64,000 nucleotides of DNA from an uncultured Elusimicrobia bacterium (GTDB lineage: Bacteria > Elusimicrobiota > Elusimicrobia > FEN-1173), in assembly GCA_964482515.1 (NCBI GenBank), contig CAYZXT010000001.1:169373-233372 (forward strand), written 5' to 3'. The translations under genes were made by a program, and so were the position numbers. Each line of letters begins with the position of its first letter. Position 1 is the stretch's first letter. Positions 17,765 to 27,657 of the stretch are shown one piece after another. Under the pieces are notes generated by a model. That model had not been told where the DNA came from and searched no databases. It was given only the letters and a program-made list of their open reading frames with translations.

Positions 17765-18904
17765 ATGAACCGTTTTTCTTCCCTTCCTAAAGGATTCATT
17801 GCAGGCGTTTTTTTATGGCTCTGCGCGTCTCCCGCGGCGGCCTCTCCCTTGGTCCGCATCGGCATCACGGTGGGGGCCGAGTCCGCCCTCTTGGGCGCGG
17901 GCGCCTATTCCTTGAAGGCCGACGGAAAAATATCCGCTCTGACGCTGAAGGGGAAACTGTCCGCGACGGCCAAGGGGCGGCGGATCAAGGTCGGTTCGCG
18001 GGAGTGGCCGTCCGGCGTCGTCCTGTCCCCGGAAGAGAACGGACAATCCATTTCCGTCAACGGACGGCTTTACCGGGGAAAGATCGAATTGCGCGCGGAG
18101 GCGAACGGCCGGCTGACGGTCGTCAACGAACTCCCGGTGGACGATTACGTGCGCGGCATTCTCCTGCACGAGGTGTCGCCGGATTGGCCGGAGGAAGCGC
18201 TCAAGGCCCAGGCGGTCATCAGCCGCACCTACGCGCTGCGCAACCGCGGCAAGCACGGCCAGGCGGGGTTCGACCTCTGCAGTGAGACCCATTGTCAGTT
18301 ATACGGCGGGCGTTCCTCCGAACGGGATTCCATCGACCGGGCCGTGAAGGCCACGGAGGACGAAGTCCTTCTCTACAAAGACGCTTACGTGAACGCCGTG
18401 TTCCATTCCACCTGCGGCGGGACCACGGAGGAGAGTGACAACGTCTGGGAAAGCGAGGGCTCGGCCCCCTACCTGCAGATCGTCCGCTGCCGCTGGTGCA
18501 AGCGCTCGCGCCATTACAACTGGACGGGCGAAATCCGCGTGGACCAGCTCGGTCGCCGGCTCAACGCCGCGGGCATCAACGTGGGCGTGCCGAAGTCCTT
18601 GAAAGTGTTGTCGCGTTCGCGCTCCGGCCGCGCGGTGAACGTGCGCGTCATCGGAAGCAGGGGTTCCGCGGTGATGAAGGCCAACAAGTTCCGCTTGGCC
18701 GCGGACAGCCGCGTGGTGAAGAGCACCCATTGGACGGTGGTTTCGACGGGGCGCGAGCGATGGAAGTTTTCCGGCCGCGGCTGGGGGCACGGCGTGGGAC
18801 TTTGCCAGTGGGGGACCAAGGAGCAGGCGGACCAGGGGCGGAGCTATAAACAGATTTTGAAGTTCTATTACAAAGACGTGACGTTGGCGAAGAACCGGGT
18901 TTAG
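17765..18904 (+). CDS. SpoIID/LytB-domain protein (peptidoglycan remodelling)
   Basis: Signal peptide. Conserved SpoIID motifs (VDDYVRGILLHEVSPDWPEEALKAQAVISRTYAL, CSETHCQLYGG, VFHSTCGGTTEE). Confidence 0.85.
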   Translation: MNRFSSLPKGFIAGVFLWLCASPAAASPLVRIGITVGAESALLGAGAYSLKADGKISALTLKGKLSATAKGRRIKVGSREWPSGVVLSPEENGQSISVNGRLYRGKIELRAEANGRLTVVNELPVDDYVRGILLHEVSPDWPEEALKAQAVISRTYALRNRGKHGQAGFDLCSETHCQLYGGRSSERDSIDRAVKATEDEVLLYKDAYVNAVFHSTCGGTTEESDNVWESEGSAPYLQIVRCRWCKRSRHYNWTGEIRVDQLGRRLNAAGINVGVPKSLKVLSRSRSGRAVNVRVIGSRGSAVMKANKFRLAADSRVVKSTHWTVVSTGRERWKFSGRGWGHGVGLCQWGTKEQADQGRSYKQILKFYYKDVTLAKNRV

Positions 18905-19993
18905 ATGGACGCGATCGAAATCTCGCAGAAGGCCCTGGGTTTTCCGGACATCCCGGAAGAATTGATCGCTCAATCGCCGTTGGAAAAGCGCGACCACGCC
19001 CGCTTGATGGTGCTTGATCGTGCGTCGGGTTCCTTCCGCCACGCAGTGTTCCATCAATTGGAAGAGATGATTCGGCCGGGCGACGCGCTGGTGTTGAACG
19101 ACGTGAAGGTTTTTCCGGCGCGGCTGTTCGGCCGGAAGGAAACCGGCGGGCAGGTGAAGGTCTTATTGTTGAAGTGTCTCGGTGCGTCGGAAAGCGGAAC
19201 TGAAAATTGGATCGCCCTTTTGACGCCTTCCCTTCCAGCGGGGAAAGCCATCCTGTTTGCGGACGGCATCTCCGCGCGCGTCGAAGGCCAGGAGCCCTTG
19301 GGGGAATACCGGCTGACTTTTTCACGTTCGATTCGAAACGACCTCGCCCGGTTGGGAAAGATGCCTCTCCCGCCCTACATCCGCCGCGAAAGCTCCGATT
19401 CCCGCTACGAGAGCGACGAGCATTTTTATCAGACGGTCTACGCGGCGGAGGAAAAACCCGTCGTTTCGGAAAGATCCTGGACGCCGGGCGCCGTGGCCGC
19501 GCCGACCGCGGGATTGCATTTCACGGAAGCGATGCTCAACCGCCTGCGCGCCAAGGGTGTGAAGGTCGTCCGCATCACGTTGAAAGTGGGATGGGGGACT
19601 TTCCGTCCGATCCGCGGCGACGATTTCCGCCAACACCAGATGCTGCCGGAGGAATTCACGGTGACGGACGAGGCCGCGCAAACCATGAACGAGTCTCGCT
19701 CAAAAAACAGGTTGTGGGCGGTGGGAACGACGGTGGTCCGCACGCTGGAGACATTGTCCGACGAAAATGGGACAATACGTCCGGGTCGCGGAGAGACCGC
19801 TCTCTATATTTATCCGGGATACAAATTCAAGGCCGTGGATAAGCTCGTGACAAATTTCCATTTGCCCGGGCACACGCCGCTGCTCTTGGCCGCGGCCTTC
19901 TCCGGCACCGAAAAACTGAAGCCGGCCTACGAGGAAGCCATCCGCGAGAAATACCGTTTCTTCTCCTACGGCGACGCGATGGCGATAATTTAA
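18905..19993 (+). CDS. queA: S-adenosylmethionine:tRNA ribosyltransferase-isomerase
   Basis: FPDIPEELIAQSPLEKRDHARLMVLDR...GDALVLNDVKV...LPPYIRRES are conserved QueA blocks. Confidence 0.9.
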   Translation: MDAIEISQKALGFPDIPEELIAQSPLEKRDHARLMVLDRASGSFRHAVFHQLEEMIRPGDALVLNDVKVFPARLFGRKETGGQVKVLLLKCLGASESGTENWIALLTPSLPAGKAILFADGISARVEGQEPLGEYRLTFSRSIRNDLARLGKMPLPPYIRRESSDSRYESDEHFYQTVYAAEEKPVVSERSWTPGAVAAPTAGLHFTEAMLNRLRAKGVKVVRITLKVGWGTFRPIRGDDFRQHQMLPEEFTVTDEAAQTMNESRSKNRLWAVGTTVVRTLETLSDENGTIRPGRGETALYIYPGYKFKAVDKLVTNFHLPGHTPLLLAAAFSGTEKLKPAYEEAIREKYRFFSYGDAMAII

Positions 19994-19996
19994 TTT

Positions 19997-21154
19997 ATGA
20001 CAACCACGACCGAACACATCTATAAGCTCCTCAAAAAAGACACCTCCTCCGCCGCGCGGCGAGGGGTCGTGGCGCTTTCCCACGGCACCGTGCAGACGCC
20101 GGTGTTCATGCCCGTGGGGACGCAGGCCACGGTGAAGACCCTTTCCAGCGAGGACGTGGAATCCCTCGGCTACGAAATCATTCTCGCCAACACCTACCAT
20201 CTTTTCCTGCGGCCCGGCATCGACATGCTGGAACAGGCCGGCGGCCTACACAAATTCATGAGCTGGGACCGCAACATCCTCACGGACTCCGGCGGGTTCC
20301 AGGTTTTTTCCCTGGCGAACCGTCGCCAGATCACGGAGGACGGCGCGACCTTTTCATCCCATGTGGACGGCGCGCGGCACGTGCTCACGCCGGAGAACGT
20401 GGTCCAGTCCCAATTGCGCATGGGCGTGGACGTGGCCATGTGCCTGGACGAATGCCCGCCCTACCCGGTGACCGAAGCCTCGGCCCGCGACATGATGGAG
20501 CGGACGTTGCGCTGGGCGAACCGCTGCCGCGACGCCTGGAACCAATGGACCGATGAAAAGAAATTGTCCGCGCCCGCGACCCAGCTTTTCCCGATCGTCC
20601 AGGGCGCGACCTATCCGCCGCTGCGCCGCGAGAGCGCCGAGCGCACGATCGAGATGGATTTTCCCGGGTACGCCATCGGCGGCCTGTCCGTGGGCGAGCC
20701 GCGGGACGTGCTTTTCGAGATGCTGAAGTCCAGTATCGCGCCGCTGCCGGAGGACAAGCCCCGCTACCTCATGGGCGTGGGGAAACCGGAGGACATTCTG
20801 GAGGCCGTGGCCTGCGGTGTCGACATGTTCGACTGCGTCCTGCCCACGCGCAACGGCCGAAACGGCCAGGCCCTGACCTGGAGCGGGCCCCGTAACCTGC
20901 GCAACAACCGTTACCGCACCGATTCCGGGCCCATCGACCCCGCCTGTTCCTGCCCGGTTTGCCGCCGTTATTCGCGCCGTTACCTCGCCCATCTGTTCCG
21001 GTCGGGCGAATATCTGGGTTTAAGGCTCGCTTCTTTACACAATTTGGCCTTTATGGTAGACTTCATGCGCAAAATTCGCGACGCGATCGAAAGCGGTTCC
21101 TTCGGCGAATTTCGGACGGATTTTTTGAAAAATTATCGATCGGATAATGATTAA
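19997..21154 (+). CDS. tgt: Queuine tRNA-ribosyltransferase
   Basis: HGTVQTPVFMPVGTQATVK, LANTYHL, TDSGGFQVFSL, and zinc motif CxCxxC...H (CSCPVCRRYSRRYLAHL). Confidence 0.93.
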   Translation: MTTTTEHIYKLLKKDTSSAARRGVVALSHGTVQTPVFMPVGTQATVKTLSSEDVESLGYEIILANTYHLFLRPGIDMLEQAGGLHKFMSWDRNILTDSGGFQVFSLANRRQITEDGATFSSHVDGARHVLTPENVVQSQLRMGVDVAMCLDECPPYPVTEASARDMMERTLRWANRCRDAWNQWTDEKKLSAPATQLFPIVQGATYPPLRRESAERTIEMDFPGYAIGGLSVGEPRDVLFEMLKSSIAPLPEDKPRYLMGVGKPEDILEAVACGVDMFDCVLPTRNGRNGQALTWSGPRNLRNNRYRTDSGPIDPACSCPVCRRYSRRYLAHLFRSGEYLGLRLASLHNLAFMVDFMRKIRDAIESGSFGEFRTDFLKNYRSDND

Positions 21155-22247
21155 ATCGGATTTTTTCCGGCGACGGGCTTTCCTATATATAGGAGGAACC
21201 GTGGCCGGACTTTTGCTCTTTACAGATGTCCACGCCAAGATGGGCAAGGATGTTTTTGAGGCCGCGCGCAAAGGGATAGAGCAGGCCCTTTCCAGCCAGA
21301 CCGCCAGCATCCGAGAGAAGGCCGCGGCCGCGCTGGGCGACGTCAACTTTCCCGACGAGACCCGGTGGCTGAAGCAGGCCATGGAAGACGCCAACGAATA
21401 TGTCCGCATTGCGGCGGCGCTGTCGCTGCAGAAAAAGGGGGACACTTCCGGCAAGGCCGTGCTCCAGGACATCCTGGACCATACGCCTCCATCCCAGGCC
21501 AAGAACCCCATCCTTCAACAGCTGGAGTCCATCGCCGTGGCGAACAAACGCGCCGCCGCCGTCCGCGCCCTCGGGCTTTTCAACGAGCCTTCGGTCGTGG
21601 CCATCGTGAGGCGCGCCAGCCGCGACGACGACGCCCGGGTCAAGGACGCCGCCGCCGTGGCTTTGGGTCGATTGGGCGACAAGACCCAGCTCATCGTTTT
21701 CAACGACGCGCTGAAGGACGAAGACGCGGGCGTGCGGAAAGCCGCCATGGACGCTCTGGCCGAGATCGCTTCGCCCGACAGCGAACGGCAATTTTTGACC
21801 CGATTGAAGGATTCTTCCGGCGAGGTTCGGCTCGCGGCCGTTCTTGGATTGCAGCGCCTGGGAGACCCCGACGTTTGGCGGCACATCGCGGCGCTGATCC
21901 ACGACAACAACGCCCGCGTGCGGGAAGAAGTGGCGGACACGCTCGGATCGTGCAAGCAGAAGGAAGCGATCCCGGTCCTGAAGATTTTGATGGAGGACGA
22001 CAACGGGTTCGTCCGGATGCGGGCCTGCAAGTCCCTGGCCCTGTTGGGCGACCGTTCCGGGCTGGTTTTCCTGCGGCAGGGCATCGTGAACGAGGACGCC
22101 GACCTTCGCATGCGCGCCGCGGAGGGGTTGGGCGCCTTCAGCGACGAGAAGGATTGGGCGCCCCTGACGGCTCTGCTGAAAGACGCGGACGAACGCGTCC
22201 GTTTGGCCGCTTCCCTGGCGGTTTGGAAAAAGGGAGCAGTTCGATAG
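21147..22247 (+). CDS. HEAT/PBS-lyase-type repeat protein with Tat-like N-terminal signal
   Basis: N-terminus FFRRRAFLYIGGTVAGLLLF...VHA/K resembles a twin-arginine signal. Then about 8 HEAT-like repeats (VRIAAALSL, ARVKDAAAVALGRLGD, AGVRKAAMDALAEI, VRLAAVLGLQRLGD...). ATG overlaps tgt by 8 nt. Confidence 0.65.
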   Translation: MIKSDFFRRRAFLYIGGTVAGLLLFTDVHAKMGKDVFEAARKGIEQALSSQTASIREKAAAALGDVNFPDETRWLKQAMEDANEYVRIAAALSLQKKGDTSGKAVLQDILDHTPPSQAKNPILQQLESIAVANKRAAAVRALGLFNEPSVVAIVRRASRDDDARVKDAAAVALGRLGDKTQLIVFNDALKDEDAGVRKAAMDALAEIASPDSERQFLTRLKDSSGEVRLAAVLGLQRLGDPDVWRHIAALIHDNNARVREEVADTLGSCKQKEAIPVLKILMEDDNGFVRMRACKSLALLGDRSGLVFLRQGIVNEDADLRMRAAEGLGAFSDEKDWAPLTALLKDADERVRLAASLAVWKKGAVR

Positions 22248-22269
22248 TTTTTTCGGTTATTCAAGGAGG

Positions 22270-22671
22270 ATGTTCGTGAAAAAATTGACGGTTTTGGCAG
22301 TGATGATGTCATCGGTTTCTTCCGCCTGGGCTGACGCCGCGGCGGCTCCGGCTTCCGGCCCCGCAGGCGGCGGATTGCTCGGCTTGGCCCCCTGGATCGC
22401 GATCTTCGCGATCTTTTATTTCTTATTGATCCGCCCGCAGCAGAAGCAGGCTAAGGAACAGCAGAAGATGATCAACAATTTGAAACGCGGCGACCGCGTC
22501 CTCACCTCCGGTGGACTCTACGCCACCGTCCAGGCGGTCAAAGGCAAAGTCCTGGAAGTGAAGCTGAGCGATGAAGTGAAAGTCTTCATGGCCAAGAGCG
22601 CCGTCTCCCAGGTCGTGGCTGGGGACCCTTCGCAAGAGGCGGAAACCACCGAAATCGTCGCCAAGAGTTGA
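22270..22671 (+). CDS. yajC: Preprotein translocase subunit YajC (with N-terminal signal-like extension)
   Basis: Core LAPWIAIFAIFYFLLIRPQQKQAKEQQKMINNLKRGDRVLTSGGLYATVQAV is canonical YajC. Preceded by a ~35-aa hydrophobic/Ala-rich extension. Confidence 0.85.
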   Translation: MFVKKLTVLAVMMSSVSSAWADAAAAPASGPAGGGLLGLAPWIAIFAIFYFLLIRPQQKQAKEQQKMINNLKRGDRVLTSGGLYATVQAVKGKVLEVKLSDEVKVFMAKSAVSQVVAGDPSQEAETTEIVAKS

Positions 22672-22688
22672 TCGGAGAACCTTGACTC

Positions 22689-24122
22689 ATGCATAGAGCC
22701 TATTGGAAAACTCTTAGCATCGCCGCCGTCCTGCTGCTCGGAATTTTTTACCTCTACCCGTCGTTCACGTGGTACCAACAGCCCCGCGCCGAACAGGAAA
22801 AAATGCGGGCGCGCCGCCATCCCCTTGTCAATAAAATCCTCAACCTCGGCCTGGACCTGCAGGGCGGCATCCATATGCTGCTGGAGCTACAGACCGATAA
22901 ACTTCCCGACGACAAGCCCGAGACTGTGCGCGAAGCCGTGGAGCGGGCCATCGAAGTGATCCGCAACCGCGTGGACCAATACGGCCTCGTCGAGCCGCTC
23001 ATCGTGGCCCAGGGTGAAAAGTGGATCGTGGTCCAGCTGCCCGGCGTCACGGACCGCGAGCAGGCCAAAAGCCTGATCGGCCGCACCGCGCTGCTGGAGT
23101 TCCGCGTGGTGGAATCTTTGGCGGGTTACGGCGAACTTTTGACCAAGGCGCGCGAGATGGCGCTAGGTCCGAACAACCTCCACCCCGGCAACATGCCTGC
23201 GGAACTGAAGCCGCTGATTCCGGAGGGTATGGAATTGCTGCCCGGCAAAGAGGGATCTCTCTATCTGGTGAAAGCCCAGGCGGAAATGACCGGTTCCGCC
23301 CTGTCGAACGCCCGCGTTGAAATGGGCGGCGACTATTCGGGGATGCCCGTCGTGGGACTGGAGTTCAACCCCGAAGGCGCGAAACGTTTCGCGGATGTCA
23401 CCGAAGCTAACATCCAAAAGCAGCTGGCCATCGTCCTGGACGGCGTCGTGCAGTCCGCCCCGGTGATCCGCACCCGGATCCCGGACGGGCGCGCCGTGAT
23501 CGAAGGGAACTTCACGGCGGAGGACGCCAAATTCCTGAAGACGGTCCTCCAGGCCGGCGCGCTCCCGGCGCCGCTGAACCTGGTCGAGGAACGCACAGTC
23601 GGCCCGACCCTCGGCGACGATTCCATCAAGGCCGGCATGACGGCCTGCGCCATCGGCCTATGTTTGGTTTTCGTGTTCATGCTCGTTTACTATAAACTGT
23701 CCGGCCTCTTGGCCAACATGGCGCTGGTGCTCAACCTGTTCCTGCTGCTCGCCGCCATGGCCGCCCTGCACGCCACCTTGACCATGCCCGGCATCGCCGG
23801 CATCATCCTTTCCATCGGCATGGCCGTCGACGCCAACGTCCTCATCTTCGAACGTATCCGGGAAGAGCTGCGCCTGGGGAAGACGCCCCGGCTCGCCGTG
23901 GACCAGGGCTACGACCGCGCCTTCTCCGCCATCCTCGACGGAAACCTGACCACCATCACGGCCGCCGTCTTCCTGTTTCAGTTCGGCACCGGTCCGGTGA
24001 AAGGTTTCGGCATCTCCCTGATCCTGGGACTTCTGGTTTCCATGTTCACGGCCATCATCGTTACGCACGTGGTCTACGACTTCTTCTTTATGTGGCGTCC
24101 CGTGCAGAAATTGAGCATATAA
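22689..24122 (+). CDS. secD: Protein translocase subunit SecD
   Basis: Periplasmic domain plus 6-TM C-terminus (LGPTLGDDSIKAGM...IAGIILSIGMAVDANVLIFERIREE). Confidence 0.92.
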   Translation: MHRAYWKTLSIAAVLLLGIFYLYPSFTWYQQPRAEQEKMRARRHPLVNKILNLGLDLQGGIHMLLELQTDKLPDDKPETVREAVERAIEVIRNRVDQYGLVEPLIVAQGEKWIVVQLPGVTDREQAKSLIGRTALLEFRVVESLAGYGELLTKAREMALGPNNLHPGNMPAELKPLIPEGMELLPGKEGSLYLVKAQAEMTGSALSNARVEMGGDYSGMPVVGLEFNPEGAKRFADVTEANIQKQLAIVLDGVVQSAPVIRTRIPDGRAVIEGNFTAEDAKFLKTVLQAGALPAPLNLVEERTVGPTLGDDSIKAGMTACAIGLCLVFVFMLVYYKLSGLLANMALVLNLFLLLAAMAALHATLTMPGIAGIILSIGMAVDANVLIFERIREELRLGKTPRLAVDQGYDRAFSAILDGNLTTITAAVFLFQFGTGPVKGFGISLILGLLVSMFTAIIVTHVVYDFFFMWRPVQKLSI

Positions 24123-25040
24123 ATGGAATTCCTAAAGACTCCGAACTTCGATTTCCTCAAGGTCCGCAAATTCTTCTACGGGCTTTCCTCGGTATTGGCG
24201 CTCGTCACGGTCGCCTCGCTGGTCTATCACAAGGGGCCGAATCCCAGCATCGACTTCACCGGCGGGACTCTGGTGGAAGGGCATTTCCAAAACCCCGTCG
24301 CCCTGGAAGACGTGCGGAAAGTGCTTTCCGATTCCCACCTGGGGAGCCCGGACCTACAGAGCGTTCCGTCCCGGAACGCGGTGATCATCCGTTATAAGGC
24401 CGAAACCCACGCGAAGGAGGAATTCGCGAGCCAGATCACCGACATCATGAGCAAAAGTTTTTCCGGCAACGCCTTCACGCTCGACCGCGTCGATTTCGTC
24501 GGGCCCGTGGTGGGCAGGCACCTGATGCGCCAGGCGTTCATGGCTTTCATTTTCTCCTTGCTGGGCATCATCGTCTACGTGGCGTTCCGGTTCAAGAGCT
24601 GGATCTGGGGCGGCGCCGGCGTCGTGGCCCTCGCCCACGACGTTTTCCTGGCCTTGGGTTTCATGTCTGTGACCGGGCATGAGCTCTCCATCACCGTCAT
24701 CGCCGCGCTGCTCACCCTCGCCGGCTTTTCCATCAACGACACCATCGTCATCTTCGACCGGATCCGCGAGAACATGAACATGCGCCGGAAGGAGTCCCTG
24801 GACGTTTTGATCAACCGGTCCCTGAACGAAACGTTGTCCCGGACGATCATCACGTCCTTGACCGTTTTCATGGTCCTCCTTTCGCTCCTCTTTTTCGGCG
24901 GAGAAGTCATTCACGACTTCGCGTTGGCCTTGACCGTCGGCGTGTTCGTGGGAAGCTATTCCACCCTGTTCATCGCCACGCCGCTGGTTTATGACTGGCA
25001 GATGCGCCGGAGCCGGATGCGGGCCAACCGCCTCCGTTAA
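24123..25040 (+). CDS. secF: Protein translocase subunit SecF
   Basis: IDFTGGT..., ...AHDVFLALGFMSV...LAGFSINDTIVIFDRIREN are conserved SecF blocks. Directly follows secD. Confidence 0.92.
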   Translation: MEFLKTPNFDFLKVRKFFYGLSSVLALVTVASLVYHKGPNPSIDFTGGTLVEGHFQNPVALEDVRKVLSDSHLGSPDLQSVPSRNAVIIRYKAETHAKEEFASQITDIMSKSFSGNAFTLDRVDFVGPVVGRHLMRQAFMAFIFSLLGIIVYVAFRFKSWIWGGAGVVALAHDVFLALGFMSVTGHELSITVIAALLTLAGFSINDTIVIFDRIRENMNMRRKESLDVLINRSLNETLSRTIITSLTVFMVLLSLLFFGGEVIHDFALALTVGVFVGSYSTLFIATPLVYDWQMRRSRMRANRLR

Positions 25041-25083
25041 CAGCAGCCGCAGGGTCTCAGCGAGGCCGCCGCCGATCACGCCT

Positions 25084-25683
25084 ATGAAAAAGATCAAAAA
25101 ATTCCGCGTCCAGTCCCGCTCGTCCGCCGTGCTGCGGGGCCTCAAGGCCCTGACCGGCGATACCCGCCTCACCCCCGAACTTGAAAAAGCCGTGGAGCAG
25201 GAGATCCAGAACGCCCAGGACCTCTTCTCCACGGCGGCTTTTTATTCCACCTACAACGCCGAGCAGTCGCCGGCCTGGGCCGCGCCCATTTGGGAATCGA
25301 AAAATGAAAACGGCGCCAGTCCCGTCGCCCTCACGTTGTTCACGACGACGGTGGGCCCTTCCCTGGAAAAAGAGCTCTCAAGCAGCCTCGACCGCGGGGA
25401 AAACCTCCGCAGCCAGATCCTGACCTGCCTGGGCGAAGAGGCCGCGGAGCAGGCGTCCAACTTCGTCTACCGGCTGCTGCAGGAAGAGGCCAAACAGGAG
25501 TCCTGTGAGTTGTCCACGCGCCAGGCCGCGGAAGAAGCCCAGCAGCGTGAAATCCTTTCCGCCCTAGAAGCGGACAAGATCCCCGTCGTCCTGGACGATA
25601 AAGGGCACTTGACGCCGCGGTTCAGCCGCGCGGGCTATATCCTCTGGTGGCCGCCGGCCAAACAGCGCCGCGGCGCGAAATAA
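25084..25683 (+). CDS. Hypothetical protein (~200 aa, soluble)
   Basis: ORF in frame 24991..25683; first plausible start ATG 25084 (MKKIKKFRVQS). No family recognised with confidence. Confidence 0.5.
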   Translation: MKKIKKFRVQSRSSAVLRGLKALTGDTRLTPELEKAVEQEIQNAQDLFSTAAFYSTYNAEQSPAWAAPIWESKNENGASPVALTLFTTTVGPSLEKELSSSLDRGENLRSQILTCLGEEAAEQASNFVYRLLQEEAKQESCELSTRQAAEEAQQREILSALEADKIPVVLDDKGHLTPRFSRAGYILWWPPAKQRRGAK

Positions 25684-25706
25684 GGGCGTAGGCCAGGCCC
25701 CAGCCC

Positions 25707-26366
25707 GTGCTCTCTTTCAAAGACCGCGTCCTGGCCCGGGTCGTTTCCCGGCTCGGCTGGGCCTTCCTCCAGTTCATCGCAAAGACCTCCCGCATCCACC
25801 GCCATTACCCCGCCGGCGTGAAAGAATTGATCCGTTCGGACAAGCCCTTCATCTACACTTTCTGGCACCGCTACCAATTACTGAACGCCTATCTCCACAA
25901 GGGCGAGGGAGTCTACGTCCTCGTCAGCCAAAGCCGCGACGGCGAACTGATCGCGCGGGCGCTGCACCATTTCGGCATGAAGACCGTGCGCGGCTCCTCT
26001 TCCCGAAGGGCCGCCGGCGCGCTCCTGGAACTCATTCGTCGCGCCAAGGACGGGAGCCGGCTGGCTTTCACGCCCGACGGCCCGCGCGGACCGCTGGGGT
26101 CCGTCCACCAGGGCGTGATCGCCGTGGCGCGCGAGACGGGCCTTCCCGTGCTGGCGCTGGCCTGGGCCGGGACGCGCGTGAAGGAGCTGTCTTCCTGGGA
26201 CCGGTTCCTGGTCCCGCTTCCCTTCGCGCGCTATCACGTGGCCTACAGCGAGATGTTTTATGTGGAGCCGGGGGAAAGCGACGAGGCGGCGGAGGAAAAG
26301 ATCCGCGCCGCCATGAACCAGGTCGCGGAAAAGGCGGACCTCCTGTGCCGCGGCCACTCCGGATGA
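25707..26366 (+). CDS. DUF374-family (lysophospholipid-acyltransferase-like) protein, KDO-transferase-associated
   Basis: 219 aa. FWHRYQ...DG block and the conserved position immediately upstream of waaA, as in many proteobacterial genomes. Confidence 0.6.
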   Translation: MLSFKDRVLARVVSRLGWAFLQFIAKTSRIHRHYPAGVKELIRSDKPFIYTFWHRYQLLNAYLHKGEGVYVLVSQSRDGELIARALHHFGMKTVRGSSSRRAAGALLELIRRAKDGSRLAFTPDGPRGPLGSVHQGVIAVARETGLPVLALAWAGTRVKELSSWDRFLVPLPFARYHVAYSEMFYVEPGESDEAAEEKIRAAMNQVAEKADLLCRGHSG

Positions 26367-26370
26367 AAAC

Positions 26371-27657
26371 ATGCTTCTGACCTTGTACACCGTCGTCCTG
26401 ATCGTTTTTTCACCCGTTGTTTTGGCCGGGTTCGTCTGGCGCTTCGGCCTGCGGCGCACTTTCCTGGGTCTGCCGGAGCGCTTCGGCGGCGGAACGCGGA
26501 AGTTGAAGCCCGAAGAGAAAAACCGGACCGTGATCTGGACCCACGCCGCGTCGGTCGGCGAGGTCCGCGCCGTGGAAGCGTTCCTGCGCCTGTTGCCGGA
26601 GCGCATCCCGGGCGTCGTCCGCTGCCTCACCACCACGACGGTGAACGGGCGCGACCTGGCCGAGTCCCTGGACATCGCCGAGACCGTCCACCTGGCCCCG
26701 GCGGACTACCCGTTTTGCGTCGGACGTTTCCTGAACCGCTGGAGCCCCAAGGCCCTGGTGTTGGTGGAAACGGAGCTTTGGCCCCACTGGATCCATACGG
26801 CGCGGAAGCAAAACGTTCCGGTCCTCATCGTGAACGGCCGGCTGTCGGAGCGTTCCCTGCGTTCCTACCGGTTGCTGCCGGGCTTTTGGCGGCCCATCCT
26901 GGAAAGCATCGCCCGGATCGGGGCCCAGAGCCCCGGCCACGCGGCGCGCTGGCAGAGCCTCGGCGGAAAGCCGTCGCAGATCGTGGTGACGGGGAACCTG
27001 AAATACGACGTGGCGCTGCCCGATCCCGCGCAGCGCGCGGCGATTTTCCGCAAATACGGTTTCGCCGAATCGGATTACGTTTTGGTGTGCGGCAGCACCC
27101 ACGCCGGGGAGGAGGAGATCCTGATCGACGCGGTGGACTCGCTCCGGAAGCGCGGCGAAGCGGTGAAGCTCGTCCTGGCGCCGCGGCACGTGGAACGCGC
27201 GGCGGAATCGGCGCGGCTGCTGCACCGGGCCAACCTCCCTTTCCGGGTGCGTTCTGCCCATGTGGCGAACCCGGAATCCTTTCCCGTCATGGTCCTCGAC
27301 ACGCTGGGGGAATTGCAGAAAGTCTACGGGTTGGCGTCGGCGGCCTTCGTGGGAGGAAGCCTGATCCGCCGCGGCGGCCAGAACCCCCTGGAACCCGCGC
27401 GCTGGGGCGTCCCCGTGATCTTCGGGCCTTCCATGGAAAACTTCCAGGAAATGGCGGATTTGTTTTTGGAACGGAAGGGCGCGGTGCAGGTGGCCGACGG
27501 CAAGGCCCTGGAGGAATTGATCCTCGCGTGGAAGCGCGACCCGGCCGCCGCCCGGACCATCGGAAACGCGGCCCGCGCGACGGCCCTCTCCCAGGGCGGC
27601 TCCGTGGAAAAAAGCGTCGCCCTCTTGCAGGAAGTCCTTCGGTCGGCGCGGCCATGA
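26371..27657 (+). CDS. waaA: 3-deoxy-D-manno-octulosonic acid (KDO) transferase
   Basis: N-terminal membrane anchor, WTHAASVGEV motif, GT30/GT-B C-terminal domain (...CGSTHAGEEE...GGSL...GGQNPLEPA...GVPVIFGP). Confidence 0.9.
   Translation: MLLTLYTVVLIVFSPVVLAGFVWRFGLRRTFLGLPERFGGGTRKLKPEEKNRTVIWTHAASVGEVRAVEAFLRLLPERIPGVVRCLTTTTVNGRDLAESLDIAETVHLAPADYPFCVGRFLNRWSPKALVLVETELWPHWIHTARKQNVPVLIVNGRLSERSLRSYRLLPGFWRPILESIARIGAQSPGHAARWQSLGGKPSQIVVTGNLKYDVALPDPAQRAAIFRKYGFAESDYVLVCGSTHAGEEEILIDAVDSLRKRGEAVKLVLAPRHVERAAESARLLHRANLPFRVRSAHVANPESFPVMVLDTLGELQKVYGLASAAFVGGSLIRRGGQNPLEPARWGVPVIFGPSMENFQEMADLFLERKGAVQVADGKALEELILAWKRDPAAARTIGNAARATALSQGGSVEKSVALLQEVLRSARP

Noticed and set aside
26715-27653. 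Upstream 313 codons of ORF-track 26715..28673 (652 aa)
   Set aside because: This part lies entirely inside waaA in another frame and is Arg/Gly/Pro-rich nonsense. The heptosyltransferase begins at ATG 27654 (MNILVIRLSSLGDV), overlapping the waaA stop.
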